DNA from: a bacterium UBA2219
Lineage (GTDB): Bacteria; Desulfobacterota; Deferrimicrobia; Deferrimicrobiales; Deferrimicrobiaceae
DNA: 59,209 nucleotides
Assembly (NCBI GenBank): GCA_002327765.1
Contig: DCUH01000073.1
Span: forward strand, 31,379-90,587
Reading direction: 5' to 3'
The notes under the pieces are model-generated. The model saw only the letters and a program-made list of their open reading frames with translations, searched no databases and was not told the origin of the DNA. Of the stretch, positions 39,835-48,274 are shown piece by piece (position 1 is the first letter of the stretch; every line of letters starts with the position of its first letter). The position numbers and the translations under genes were made by a program.

Positions 39835-40779
39835 TTAGGATCTATTCGAATCGCCCCGGATGTCAAGGGAAGCCGCCGAAGCCGGCGGATTGCCTGGGCG
39901 GGACGACAGGAAGCGGCGGAAGCCTTCCGCGGCGGGGCTCAACGGGGAGTTGCGGGCATAAAGCATGTAGATCGGGCGATGGAGATTGAGATCGGACACG
40001 CGCACGGCGCAGAGATGGCCGAGTATGACTTCGAGCGTCGCCGACCGCGAGGAGACGATCGAAATGCCCAGGTTCGCCGCCACGGCCCTCTTGATGGCCT
40101 CGGTGCTGCCCAGCTCCATGGAGTGTCGCAGGGAAACGCCGGCTTTCCTGAGCTCCTCTTCCATGATTTCCCGGGTTCCGGAGCCTTTCTCCCGCAGCAG
40201 GAAAACGTCTTCGGCGAGGAGCTTCGCCGTGACATGGTCCTTCTCGGCCAGCCAATGGTGCGGGGAGACGATCAGCACGAGATCGTCTTCCAGATACGTT
40301 TCCATGGCGAGCTCCGAATCGGGCACGGGCGGACCGATGAAGCCGATGTCCGCGGTTCCTTCCTGGACGGCGCGCAGAACCCGTTCCTTGTTCGGGATGT
40401 CCAGGGAGATCTCGATCCCCGGGTAGAGGTCCTTGAACGCCCCCAGCACGTCCGGGATCATGTAGATCCCTATCGTGCTCGCTGCGCTGATCCGGAGATG
40501 CCCCCGGACGAGCCCTTTCAGCCCGTCGATCTCCTCCCGGGCCTCCGAGAGGATCTGCAGGACCCGGTTGGCGTGCTGCTGCAGGATCCGGCCGGCCTCG
40601 GTGAGCGTCAGGACCCGCCCCTTCCGGATGAAGAGGGGCGTCCCGAGGGATTCCTCGAGGGCCAGGATCTGCCTGGATATCGCGGGCTGGGAGAGGTGGA
40701 CATCTTTTGTCGCCCGGGAGATCCCCCGGTTCCTGGCGACCGCGAGGAAGGTGCGGAGACTGTGGATGCCGATATCCAT
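39835..40779 (-). CDS. LysR-family transcriptional regulator
   Basis: Start MDIGIHSLRTFLAVARNRGISRATKDVHLSQPAISRQILALEESLG (wHTH) plus a substrate-binding domain. Divergent from the 40884 operon. Confidence 0.9.
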   Translation of the reverse strand: MDIGIHSLRTFLAVARNRGISRATKDVHLSQPAISRQILALEESLGTPLFIRKGRVLTLTEAGRILQQHANRVLQILSEAREEIDGLKGLVRGHLRISAASTIGIYMIPDVLGAFKDLYPGIEISLDIPNKERVLRAVQEGTADIGFIGPPVPDSELAMETYLEDDLVLIVSPHHWLAEKDHVTAKLLAEDVFLLREKGSGTREIMEEELRKAGVSLRHSMELGSTEAIKRAVAANLGISIVSSRSATLEVILGHLCAVRVSDLNLHRPIYMLYARNSPLSPAAEGFRRFLSSRPGNPPASAASLDIRGDSNRS

Positions 40780-40793
40780 GCGGGTCCGACCTC

Positions 40794-40818
40794 GATGTAT
40801 TACCGTAATGCATACATC
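40794..40818. promoter_or_regulatory. candidate LTTR box: GATGTAT-N11-ATACATC (T-N11-A core)
   Basis: 7-nt perfect inverted repeat separated by 11 nt, 15 nt upstream of the lysR ATG, in the AT-rich divergent intergenic region. Confidence 0.4.
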
Positions 40819-40883
40819 TGATAAAAAATATGCATTTAAATTATAAATTGTTTTCGCGGAAAATAGAAGTGAAAGGAGACCCC

Positions 40884-41357
40884 ATGAACACCGGCGGACT
40901 GGAAGCAAAGGACATCATGACCCGCACCGTCCACACGGCGCACCCGACGGACCCGCTTCGCAAGGTGATCGGTACCATCTGCCGGTACAGGGTCAGCGGG
41001 GTCCCCGTGGTGGACCGGAAGGGGCATCTGGTGGGGCTGATCTCCGAACGCGACATCCTTTACGCGATGTACCCCGGTACGGAACGGTCTTCCGGCAAGC
41101 CCTCCGGCCGGAAGGCGGTGAAGGCCCCAGGGAGCATCGACGAGCTGACGGCCCGGGATGTCATGGTGGTCAAGGTCGTCACGGGAAGGCCGGACAGCGA
41201 CGTGCTCCGCCTGGCCTCCGTCATGGCGCTCCGGAAGATCCGCAGGATCCCCATCGTCGAGGGTAGGAAGCTCGTGGGCATCGTGAGCTACGGGGACGTG
41301 TGCAGGGCGATTTTCGGAGGGAAAGGAGGACGCGGATGTTCGAGAAGAATGTTCTGA
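40884..41357 (+). CDS. CBS-pair domain protein
   Basis: ATG 40884 with SD AAAGGAG. Two CBS repeats (IMTRTVHTAHP...GVPVVDRKGHLVGLISERDIL, VMVVKVVTGRP...IPIVEGRKLVGIVSYGDV). Confidence 0.75.
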   Translation: MNTGGLEAKDIMTRTVHTAHPTDPLRKVIGTICRYRVSGVPVVDRKGHLVGLISERDILYAMYPGTERSSGKPSGRKAVKAPGSIDELTARDVMVVKVVTGRPDSDVLRLASVMALRKIRRIPIVEGRKLVGIVSYGDVCRAIFGGKGGRGCSRRMF

Positions 41358-42850
41358 CCTTGTCCGAAAGGCTGGAGTACGGGGCGAAGGATGCCCCGGC
41401 CCTCCTGTCGCCCGGCCGAGGGCCGGTGACCTTCGGGGCGCTCCGGGGCGGCGTCCGCCGCCTCGCCGAGCGGCTCTCGGTCCTCGGCTTCGGCAGGAAC
41501 GACCGGATCGCCATCGTGATGGAGAACGGCCCGGACCTGGTCCTCTCCCTTCTCGCGGCGGCTTGTTGCGGAACGGCCGTCCCGCTCAACCCGAAGTACC
41601 GGCCCGACGAGTTCGCCTTCTATTACGGGGATTCCGGGGCGAAGGCGGTGATCGTCAAGCCCGGCACGTTCCCGGACGCTCTCGCCGCCGTCACGCCGGG
41701 CATGACGGTGATCCACGCCGTGACCGGCCCTTCGGGCGAGCTGCGTCTCGACCCCGCCGGTCCCTCCGGGCCGGCGCGCCGGTACGAAGCTCCGGGTCCC
41801 GACGACGTCGCGATCCTGCTGCACACGAGCGGGACCACGAAGCAGCCCAAGCGCGTGCCGATCCGTCACCGCAATCTGGCCGCCTCGGCCGGGAACGTCG
41901 TCCGCACCTACCGGCTGACCCCGGACGACGTCTCGCTGTGCGTGATGCCGCTCTTCCACATACACGGCATATGCGCCTCGCTGCTGGCCCCCCTGTCCGT
42001 CGGCGGGCCGGTGGTCTGCCCCCCCCCGTTCGACGCGCTGCGTTTCTGGGGATGGGTGGAGGAGTTCCGCCCCACCTGGTATTCGGCCGTGCCGTCGATG
42101 CACCAGATGCTTCTGGCCCGCGCCGGACGGAATGCGGATATAATCGGGAAATACCCGTTCCGGTTCATCCGTTCCTGCAGCTCCTCGCTGGCGCCCACGG
42201 TACTGGCCCAAATGGAGGAGGTGTTCGGCGCTCCGGTTCTCGAAGCGTACGGTATGACCGAAGCTTCCCATCAGATGACCAGCAACCCGCTTCCACCGGG
42301 CGTCCGCAAGCCCGGCACGGTCGGCTTCGGCCAGGGCGTCGAGGTGGCCATCATGGACGAGTCCGGAACGATATTGCCCGGGGGCCTGATCGGCGAGGTC
42401 GTCGTGCGCGGGTCGAACATCATGGACGGCTACGAGAACAACAAGGAGGCGAACGACACGGCGTTCGCGGACGGGTGGTTCCGCACGGGGGACGAGGGAT
42501 TGATGGACGAGGAGGGCTACCTCACCATCACGGGGCGTCTCTCCGAGCGGATCAACCGGGGAGGGGAGAAGATCTCGCCCCTGGAGATCGACCATGTCCT
42601 GCTCCGCCACCCGGCGGTCGCCGAGGCCCTCGCATTCGGGGTGCCCCACCCGACGCTCGGGGAGGACGTCCACGCGGCGGTCGTGTTGAGGGGCCCCGCC
42701 TCCGAGCGGGAGCTGCGCAGCCACTGCGCCGAGCTCGTCGCGGACTTCAAGGTGCCCGCCCGCATCCACTTCATGGAGTCGCTGCCGTACGTGGGGACCG
42801 GGAAGCTCCGCCGCAACGTCATGGCGAAAGCCCTGGCGCTGGCGGGATAG
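41336..42850 (+). CDS. AMP-forming acyl-CoA ligase, oxalate--CoA ligase (AAE3/Pcs60)-like
   Basis: ATG 41336 (SD AAGGAGG) overlaps the CBS gene by 22 nt. LLHTSGTTKQPKRVP, FRFIRSCSSSLAP, FGAPVLEAYGMTEASHQMTSNPLPP and INRGGEKISPLEID closely follow the plant/yeast oxalyl-CoA synthetase blocks as I recall them. Confidence 0.75.
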   Translation: MFEKNVLTLSERLEYGAKDAPALLSPGRGPVTFGALRGGVRRLAERLSVLGFGRNDRIAIVMENGPDLVLSLLAAACCGTAVPLNPKYRPDEFAFYYGDSGAKAVIVKPGTFPDALAAVTPGMTVIHAVTGPSGELRLDPAGPSGPARRYEAPGPDDVAILLHTSGTTKQPKRVPIRHRNLAASAGNVVRTYRLTPDDVSLCVMPLFHIHGICASLLAPLSVGGPVVCPPPFDALRFWGWVEEFRPTWYSAVPSMHQMLLARAGRNADIIGKYPFRFIRSCSSSLAPTVLAQMEEVFGAPVLEAYGMTEASHQMTSNPLPPGVRKPGTVGFGQGVEVAIMDESGTILPGGLIGEVVVRGSNIMDGYENNKEANDTAFADGWFRTGDEGLMDEEGYLTITGRLSERINRGGEKISPLEIDHVLLRHPAVAEALAFGVPHPTLGEDVHAAVVLRGPASERELRSHCAELVADFKVPARIHFMESLPYVGTGKLRRNVMAKALALAG

Positions 42851-42865
42851 GAAAGGGGGAGGGCC

Positions 42866-43858
42866 ATGCGGATCGCGATCGTCGGGGCGGGAGCCATCGG
42901 GGGATATCTCGCGGCGCGGCTGATCCTCTCAGGGCAGCCGGTGACCGTGATCGCGCGGGGCGCGAACCTGGCGGCCATCCGCTCGTCGGGCGTCACGCTG
43001 CGCCTGCCCGACGGCACGGAGGAGAAGGCCCGCCCGGCGGTCGCGACCGACGACGCCGACGCGGCCGGCCCGCACGACGTCATCGTCGTGGCCGTGAAGG
43101 GGCAGCAGCTCGCGGCGCTTGCGCCGTCCCTGGCCCCGCTGCTGGGGCCGGAGACCGCGGTTGTCCCCGCGCAGAACGGGATCCCCTGGTGGTATTTCCA
43201 GATGCACGAAGGGCCCTTCGCCGGGCGGCGGCTGGAATCGGTCGATCCGGGCGGTGCGATATCGGCCCACATCGCCCCGGGGCGGGTGATCGGCTGCGTC
43301 ACGTACCAGGCGGCCGAGCTCGAGGCGCCGGGCGTGGTCCGCTTTGTCGAGGGGAACCGGTTCACGCTGGGCGAGCCGGACGGATCGAAGAGCGAGCGGG
43401 CGCAGGCGCTGGCCGGCGTCCTCACCCGGGCCGGCCTGAAATGCCGCGTCCGGACCGACATCCGCACCGAAATCTGGGTGAAGATCCTCGGCAACATGAC
43501 GTTCAATCCGATCAGCGCGCTCACGCGGGCCACGCTCGGGGAGCTGATCGGGTTCGCCCCGACCCGCGAGCTGGCGGCCGCGACGATGGGCGAGGCCCTG
43601 GAGGTGGCCTCCCGGCTCGGCGTCTCGCCCGGCATAACGATCGAGCAGCGTATCCAGGGAGCCTCGCAGATGGGGGCCCACAAGACGTCCACGCTCCAGG
43701 ACATCGAGGCAGGCCGCCCGACGGAGGTGGAGTGGCTCCTCGGGGCCGTTTCCGAGATCGCGCGCTGGCTCGAGGTGCCTACTCCGCGGATCGACGCGCT
43801 GTACGCCTGCCTGAAGCTGCTGGAACGCACGACTTCCGCGAAAAGATCTTCAACATAA
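42866..43858 (+). CDS. 2-dehydropantoate 2-reductase (PanE/ApbA) family oxidoreductase
   Basis: 330 aa. MRIAIVGAGAIGGYLAARL Rossmann motif, ...EIWVKILGNMTFNPISAL..., ...KTSTLQDIEAGRPTEVEWLLG... Confidence 0.8.
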   Translation: MRIAIVGAGAIGGYLAARLILSGQPVTVIARGANLAAIRSSGVTLRLPDGTEEKARPAVATDDADAAGPHDVIVVAVKGQQLAALAPSLAPLLGPETAVVPAQNGIPWWYFQMHEGPFAGRRLESVDPGGAISAHIAPGRVIGCVTYQAAELEAPGVVRFVEGNRFTLGEPDGSKSERAQALAGVLTRAGLKCRVRTDIRTEIWVKILGNMTFNPISALTRATLGELIGFAPTRELAAATMGEALEVASRLGVSPGITIEQRIQGASQMGAHKTSTLQDIEAGRPTEVEWLLGAVSEIARWLEVPTPRIDALYACLKLLERTTSAKRSST

Positions 43859-43879
43859 ATAAAGGGGAAGGAGAAAGAC

Positions 43880-45667
43880 ATGCCGAAGATGACCGCGATG
43901 GACGCCGCCGTGAGAATCCTTGAGAGCGAGGGGGTCCGGCACATATTCGGCATCCCCGGGGCGGGGATCCTGCCGTTCTACCGTTCCCTCAAGGACCTGG
44001 GAACCATACAGCACTTCCTTTGCCGGCACGAGGAGGGCGCCATCCACATGGCCGACGGCTACGCCCGCGCCATCGGAACGATCGGGGTCTGCGCCGCCAC
44101 CTCGGGCCCCGGCGCCAGCAATTTCGTGACGGGCCTCTATACCGCCCAGGTGGACTCGATACCTCTCCTGGCCATCACCGGCCAGAACGTGAAGGCGCAG
44201 CTGGGACGGGAAGCGTTCCAGGCGGTCGACATAGCCGCGATCGCGAGGCCGGTCACCAAGAAGTCCTACTGCGTGCAGGAGCCGGCCATGGTCCCGTGGG
44301 TGTTCCGGGAGGCGTTCCGGATCATGAGGGAAGGGCGCCCCGGCCCGGTGCTGATCGACCTGCCCCTCGACGTCCAGAAGGGCGAGATCGAATACGACCC
44401 GGAGACCGATTCCCGGCTTCCGGTCTTCACGACCCCGCCCGACACGAGGCAGGTCTCGAAGGCGCTGGACATGCTGCTTTCGGCGGAGAAGCCCGTCATG
44501 CTGCTGGGGGGGGGCGTGATCCTCGCCGATGCCTGCGCGGAGTTCCTGAAGATCGCCGAGATCCTCCAGATCCCGGTCCTCACAACATACATGGGGAAGA
44601 GCGGCATCCCGTGGAACCACCCCCTCGCGGCCGGCGGCGTGGGGATCCAGTGCAACACCCGGATGGGGAACAAGACGTTCCTCGAATCCACCCTGGTGCT
44701 CGCGGTGGGCGCCCGGTTCAACGACAGGCACACCGGCGCCATCAACGTGTACAAGGGGAACCGGAAGTTCATCCACATCGACGTGGACCCGGGCCAGCTC
44801 GGAAAGAACATCATGCCGGACCTCGGCATCTGCGCGGACGCCAGACTGACGCTGCAGGCCCTCCTGGCCGAGATCAGTCGGAGGGGGATCAAGGCGGCCC
44901 CGGCGAAGACGGAGATCGCCATCGGGCGCGCGCAGATGGAGCGGAAGACCGACTACGAGAACGTTCCCATCAAGCCGCAGAGGGTGTTCAAGGAGATCAA
45001 CGGGTTCTTCGACGAGGAGACGGTGTTCGTGACCTGCATCGGCCTGAACCAGATCTGGTCCGGCCAGCTCCAGCGGATCGCGAAGCCCAGGCACTACCTC
45101 GATTGCGGAGGCGCGGGTCCGCTGGGCTGGGACATGCCCGCATCCATCGGGGCCAAGATCGCCCGGCCGGACAAGACGATCGTCCAGGTCGTGGGGGACT
45201 TCGGGTTCCAGTTCTGCATGGAGGAGCTGCCCGTCGCGGTGATGTACGGCGTCCCGTTCGTTTGCATCGTGCTGAACAACGGGTACCTGGGCCTGATCCG
45301 CCAGGCGGAGAAATACAACTTCGACATGGACTTCGAGGTGCAGCTCTATTACGAGGCCCAGGCGGCCGGCGCGGGGATGGCCGAGGCCCGCATGGCCGCC
45401 GCGGGGGGCGGGGGGACGGTCGCGGTCGCCGCATCGTCGGCGAAGACGCCGGCACCGCTCGGAAAGAAGGGGTCGGGGTTCGATTTCGTGAAATTCGCGG
45501 AGGCGTGCGGCGCGGCGGGGGAGCGCGTCACCGAGCCGGGCGAGATACGGAACGCCTTGAAGAGGGCGGTGGAATCCGGCAGGCCGTACGTCGTCGAGAT
45601 CATCATGGAGCGGGACACGGACTGCCCGATGGGCGCTTCGATCGACGCGGTAAAGGAATTCGAATGA
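43880..45667 (+). CDS. ThDP-dependent enzyme, glyoxylate carboligase (tartronate-semialdehyde synthase)-like
   Basis: 595 aa, collinear with E. coli Gcl as recalled (MPKMTAMDAAVRILESEGV / MAKMRAVDAAMYVLEKEGI; DNVPIKPQRVF; GPLGWDMPA; LNNGYLGLIRQ; ...PMGASIDAVKEFE). Confidence 0.75.
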   Translation: MPKMTAMDAAVRILESEGVRHIFGIPGAGILPFYRSLKDLGTIQHFLCRHEEGAIHMADGYARAIGTIGVCAATSGPGASNFVTGLYTAQVDSIPLLAITGQNVKAQLGREAFQAVDIAAIARPVTKKSYCVQEPAMVPWVFREAFRIMREGRPGPVLIDLPLDVQKGEIEYDPETDSRLPVFTTPPDTRQVSKALDMLLSAEKPVMLLGGGVILADACAEFLKIAEILQIPVLTTYMGKSGIPWNHPLAAGGVGIQCNTRMGNKTFLESTLVLAVGARFNDRHTGAINVYKGNRKFIHIDVDPGQLGKNIMPDLGICADARLTLQALLAEISRRGIKAAPAKTEIAIGRAQMERKTDYENVPIKPQRVFKEINGFFDEETVFVTCIGLNQIWSGQLQRIAKPRHYLDCGGAGPLGWDMPASIGAKIARPDKTIVQVVGDFGFQFCMEELPVAVMYGVPFVCIVLNNGYLGLIRQAEKYNFDMDFEVQLYYEAQAAGAGMAEARMAAAGGGGTVAVAASSAKTPAPLGKKGSGFDFVKFAEACGAAGERVTEPGEIRNALKRAVESGRPYVVEIIMERDTDCPMGASIDAVKEFE

Positions 45668-45692
45668 CGCCGCCGCGCGGAGGGGGGACGCC

Positions 45693-46976
45693 ATGCCGGA
45701 CCTGAAGGAACGCGCCGTCGCCGTGCTGAGGGAGTTCAAGGGGGACGCCTACGCCTTCGGCGGCGGGGTGCTGGACGACGCCCCGGGGAGGTTCGCCGCC
45801 GGATTCGGGAAGAGGGCCCTGCTGATCGGGCCCATGGCTTCCGGGTGGTTCCGGCCGCACAGGGAGAGGATCCTTCGGTCCCTGGAGAAGGCGGGGGTCG
45901 AGGCGGCGGGCGTCGCACAGTCCGCCGCCCCCAACGCCCCGGTCGAGGACGTATATCGCATCCGGGGAAGCATCCTCGACGCGAATCCGGACGTCATCGT
46001 CGCGGCCTCCGCCGGCTCCGGCATCGACGCCGTGAAGGCCGCCGCCGTCCTGGCGGCGCTGGGGGGGGATCCTCCCGACATCGAGCCGTTCTTCGGCGTC
46101 GGCAAGGTCACCGAGGCGTTGAAGGCCCGGGGCCGCTCCCTGACGCCCGTCGTTGCGGTGATGATGGCGGCCAGCTCGGGTTCGCACCTTACCAAGTACG
46201 CCAACGTCACGGACGTGGCCGCGGGGCAGAAGAAGCTCATCGTCGACGACGCGATCATCCCGCCGCGGGCCGTCTTCGACTACGACGTCACCGCCACGCA
46301 GCCGATGGACCTTACGCTGGACGGAGGGCTGGACGGGATCGCGCATTGCCTGGAGGTGTACTACGGCGCCGCTCCGGCCGTCCGGGAGAAGGCGAAGCGG
46401 GCGGCCGAGCTCGGGATCGAACGGATCGTCGCCGGGCTGGTCGAGGCGAAAAAGGACCCCGCGAGCCGGGAGGCGAGGACGCTGCTGGGGCTGGGGACCG
46501 ACCTCGGCGGATACGCGATCATGATCGGCGGGACGTCGGGGGCCCACCTGACCAGCTTCTCCCTGGTCGACGTCCTGAGCCACGGCCGGGCCTGCGCGCT
46601 GATGAACCCGTACTACACCGTGTTCTTCGCGCCGGCCATCCAGGAGCAGCTCCGTACGGTCGGGCGCATCTACGCGAGGCACGGCTTCCTTGACGCGGAC
46701 GCGGACAGGCTCTCCGGCCGGGACCTGGGGAAGGCGGTGGCCGGGGCGATGGTCGCCTTCAGCCGGTTCCTCGGGTTCCCGACGCGCCTGAGCGAAGTGG
46801 AGGGGATCGGGAGGGAGCACATCGAGCGCTGCCTCCGGGCGGCGAAGAACCCGCAGCTGGAAATGAAGCTGAAGAACATGCCGGTGCCGCTCCGCGCGGA
46901 CCAGGTGGACGGGTACATGGGTTCCATCCTGGAAGCGGCCTGGTCGGGGGACTTCGACCTCGTCCGGGAAATGTGA
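45693..46976 (+). CDS. iron-containing (group III) alcohol dehydrogenase family protein
   Basis: 427 aa with GSGIDAVKAAA, GLDGIAHCLEVYY, GGTSGAHLTSFSLVDVLSHGRACA (metal-ligand His pattern). Confidence 0.8.
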   Translation: MPDLKERAVAVLREFKGDAYAFGGGVLDDAPGRFAAGFGKRALLIGPMASGWFRPHRERILRSLEKAGVEAAGVAQSAAPNAPVEDVYRIRGSILDANPDVIVAASAGSGIDAVKAAAVLAALGGDPPDIEPFFGVGKVTEALKARGRSLTPVVAVMMAASSGSHLTKYANVTDVAAGQKKLIVDDAIIPPRAVFDYDVTATQPMDLTLDGGLDGIAHCLEVYYGAAPAVREKAKRAAELGIERIVAGLVEAKKDPASREARTLLGLGTDLGGYAIMIGGTSGAHLTSFSLVDVLSHGRACALMNPYYTVFFAPAIQEQLRTVGRIYARHGFLDADADRLSGRDLGKAVAGAMVAFSRFLGFPTRLSEVEGIGREHIERCLRAAKNPQLEMKLKNMPVPLRADQVDGYMGSILEAAWSGDFDLVREM

Positions 46977-48274
46977 CACGGCGGATGGGCGGGGGAGTGA
47001 ACGTCGATCTCCTGTATGGCCGGAAGGGTCTCAGCGTCCGGCTGCCGGGCGGCCTCAGGACCACGGTGGTCTCCAAGCGCCCGATGGAGCCCGTGCCCGA
47101 CCCGGATCGGGCGGTGCGGGAGGCGCTGGAGAGCCCGTCGGGATGTACGCCGCTCCGGGAGATGGCGTGCGGACGGAAATCGGCCTGCATCCTGATCTGC
47201 GACGTCACGCGCCCCGTGCCGAACGGGACGCTGCTTCCCCCGCTCGTCGAGACGATCCGCCGGGCCGGCGTCCCCCGGGAGAATATCCTGATCCTGGTCG
47301 CCACCGGCCTGCACCGCCCCAACGAGGGGGAGGAGCTGCGCGCGGTCGTCGGCTCGGACGAGGTTCTGCGCTCCGTCCGGGTCGAGAACCATTTCGCAAG
47401 GGACGACGGGGCCCACGCGGATCTCGGGAGGACGTCCTCGGGGATCCCGATCCGGATCGACCGGAGGTTCGTCGAGGCGGACCTCAAGATCGTCACCGGC
47501 CTGGTGGAGCCCCATTTCATGGCGGGCTACTCCGGAGGCAGGAAGGTGGTCGCACCCGGGATCGCCCACGTCGACACGATCCTCGCTTTCCACGGCCCGA
47601 AGGTCCTGGAACACCCCGGTTCCGCCAACTGCGTCATCGAAGGGAACCCGCTGCACGAGGCGCAGATCGAGATCGTGCGGGCGATCGGCGGGATCGCGGC
47701 GCTGAACGTGGCCATCGACGAGGATCGGCGGATCGGGTTCGTGAATTTCGGGGGGATCGAGGCCAGCCACCTCGAGGCGGTGGAGTTCATGCGGAAAAGC
47801 GCGGAGGTGCCGCTGCCGCGCCGCTTCCGGACGGTCGTCACGTCCGGAGCCGGGTATCCGCTCGACGCGACGTACTACCAGACCGTGAAAGGGATGGTCG
47901 GGGCGCTGGACATCCTCGAGCCCGGGGGCACCGTCGTCATCGCCAGCGAGTGCTCGGAGGGGATGGGCAGCGGGGAGTTCGTAGCCGCCCAGCGGCTCCT
48001 GCGGGAGTCAGGCCCGGAGCGGTTCCTCGAGATCATCTCGAAGCGGGGCCGGCCGAAGATCGACGAGTGGCAGACCGAGATGCTGGTGAAGGCGCTGCGG
48101 GCCGGGACCGTCAAGCTTTACACCACGGGGCTCTCCGAAGCGGAGCGCCGGGACGCCTGCGTGGAATCCGTCGTCTCCGTGGAGGATGCCGTCGCCGCGA
48201 GCGTCCGGGCCCACGGGGATCCCCGCATCGCCGTGATCCCGGAAGGCCCCTACGTCATTCCGTCCTGCCGCTGA
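46973..48274 (+). CDS. LarA-family (nickel-pincer nucleotide-dependent) 2-hydroxyacid racemase/epimerase homologue
   Basis: GTG 46973 overlaps the ADH TGA (GTGA); alternative ATG at 46985. CDVTRPVP, LVATGLHRP, EPHFMAGYSGGRK, ILAFHG and GYPLDATYYQTVKGM are collinear with L. plantarum LarA. Confidence 0.8.
   Translation: MTRRMGGGVNVDLLYGRKGLSVRLPGGLRTTVVSKRPMEPVPDPDRAVREALESPSGCTPLREMACGRKSACILICDVTRPVPNGTLLPPLVETIRRAGVPRENILILVATGLHRPNEGEELRAVVGSDEVLRSVRVENHFARDDGAHADLGRTSSGIPIRIDRRFVEADLKIVTGLVEPHFMAGYSGGRKVVAPGIAHVDTILAFHGPKVLEHPGSANCVIEGNPLHEAQIEIVRAIGGIAALNVAIDEDRRIGFVNFGGIEASHLEAVEFMRKSAEVPLPRRFRTVVTSGAGYPLDATYYQTVKGMVGALDILEPGGTVVIASECSEGMGSGEFVAAQRLLRESGPERFLEIISKRGRPKIDEWQTEMLVKALRAGTVKLYTTGLSEAERRDACVESVVSVEDAVAASVRAHGDPRIAVIPEGPYVIPSCR

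Noticed and set aside
48255-48274. 20-nt convergent overlap between the 3' ends of the LarA-homologue and acyl-ACP thioesterase genes. Similarly, only 5 nt separate the convergent radical-SAM and qor genes at 50246-50250.
   Set aside because: This is real in the sequence, but such tail-to-tail packing is common in compact genomes. No hairpin or regulatory signal is visible, so it is noted only as an absence of terminators.
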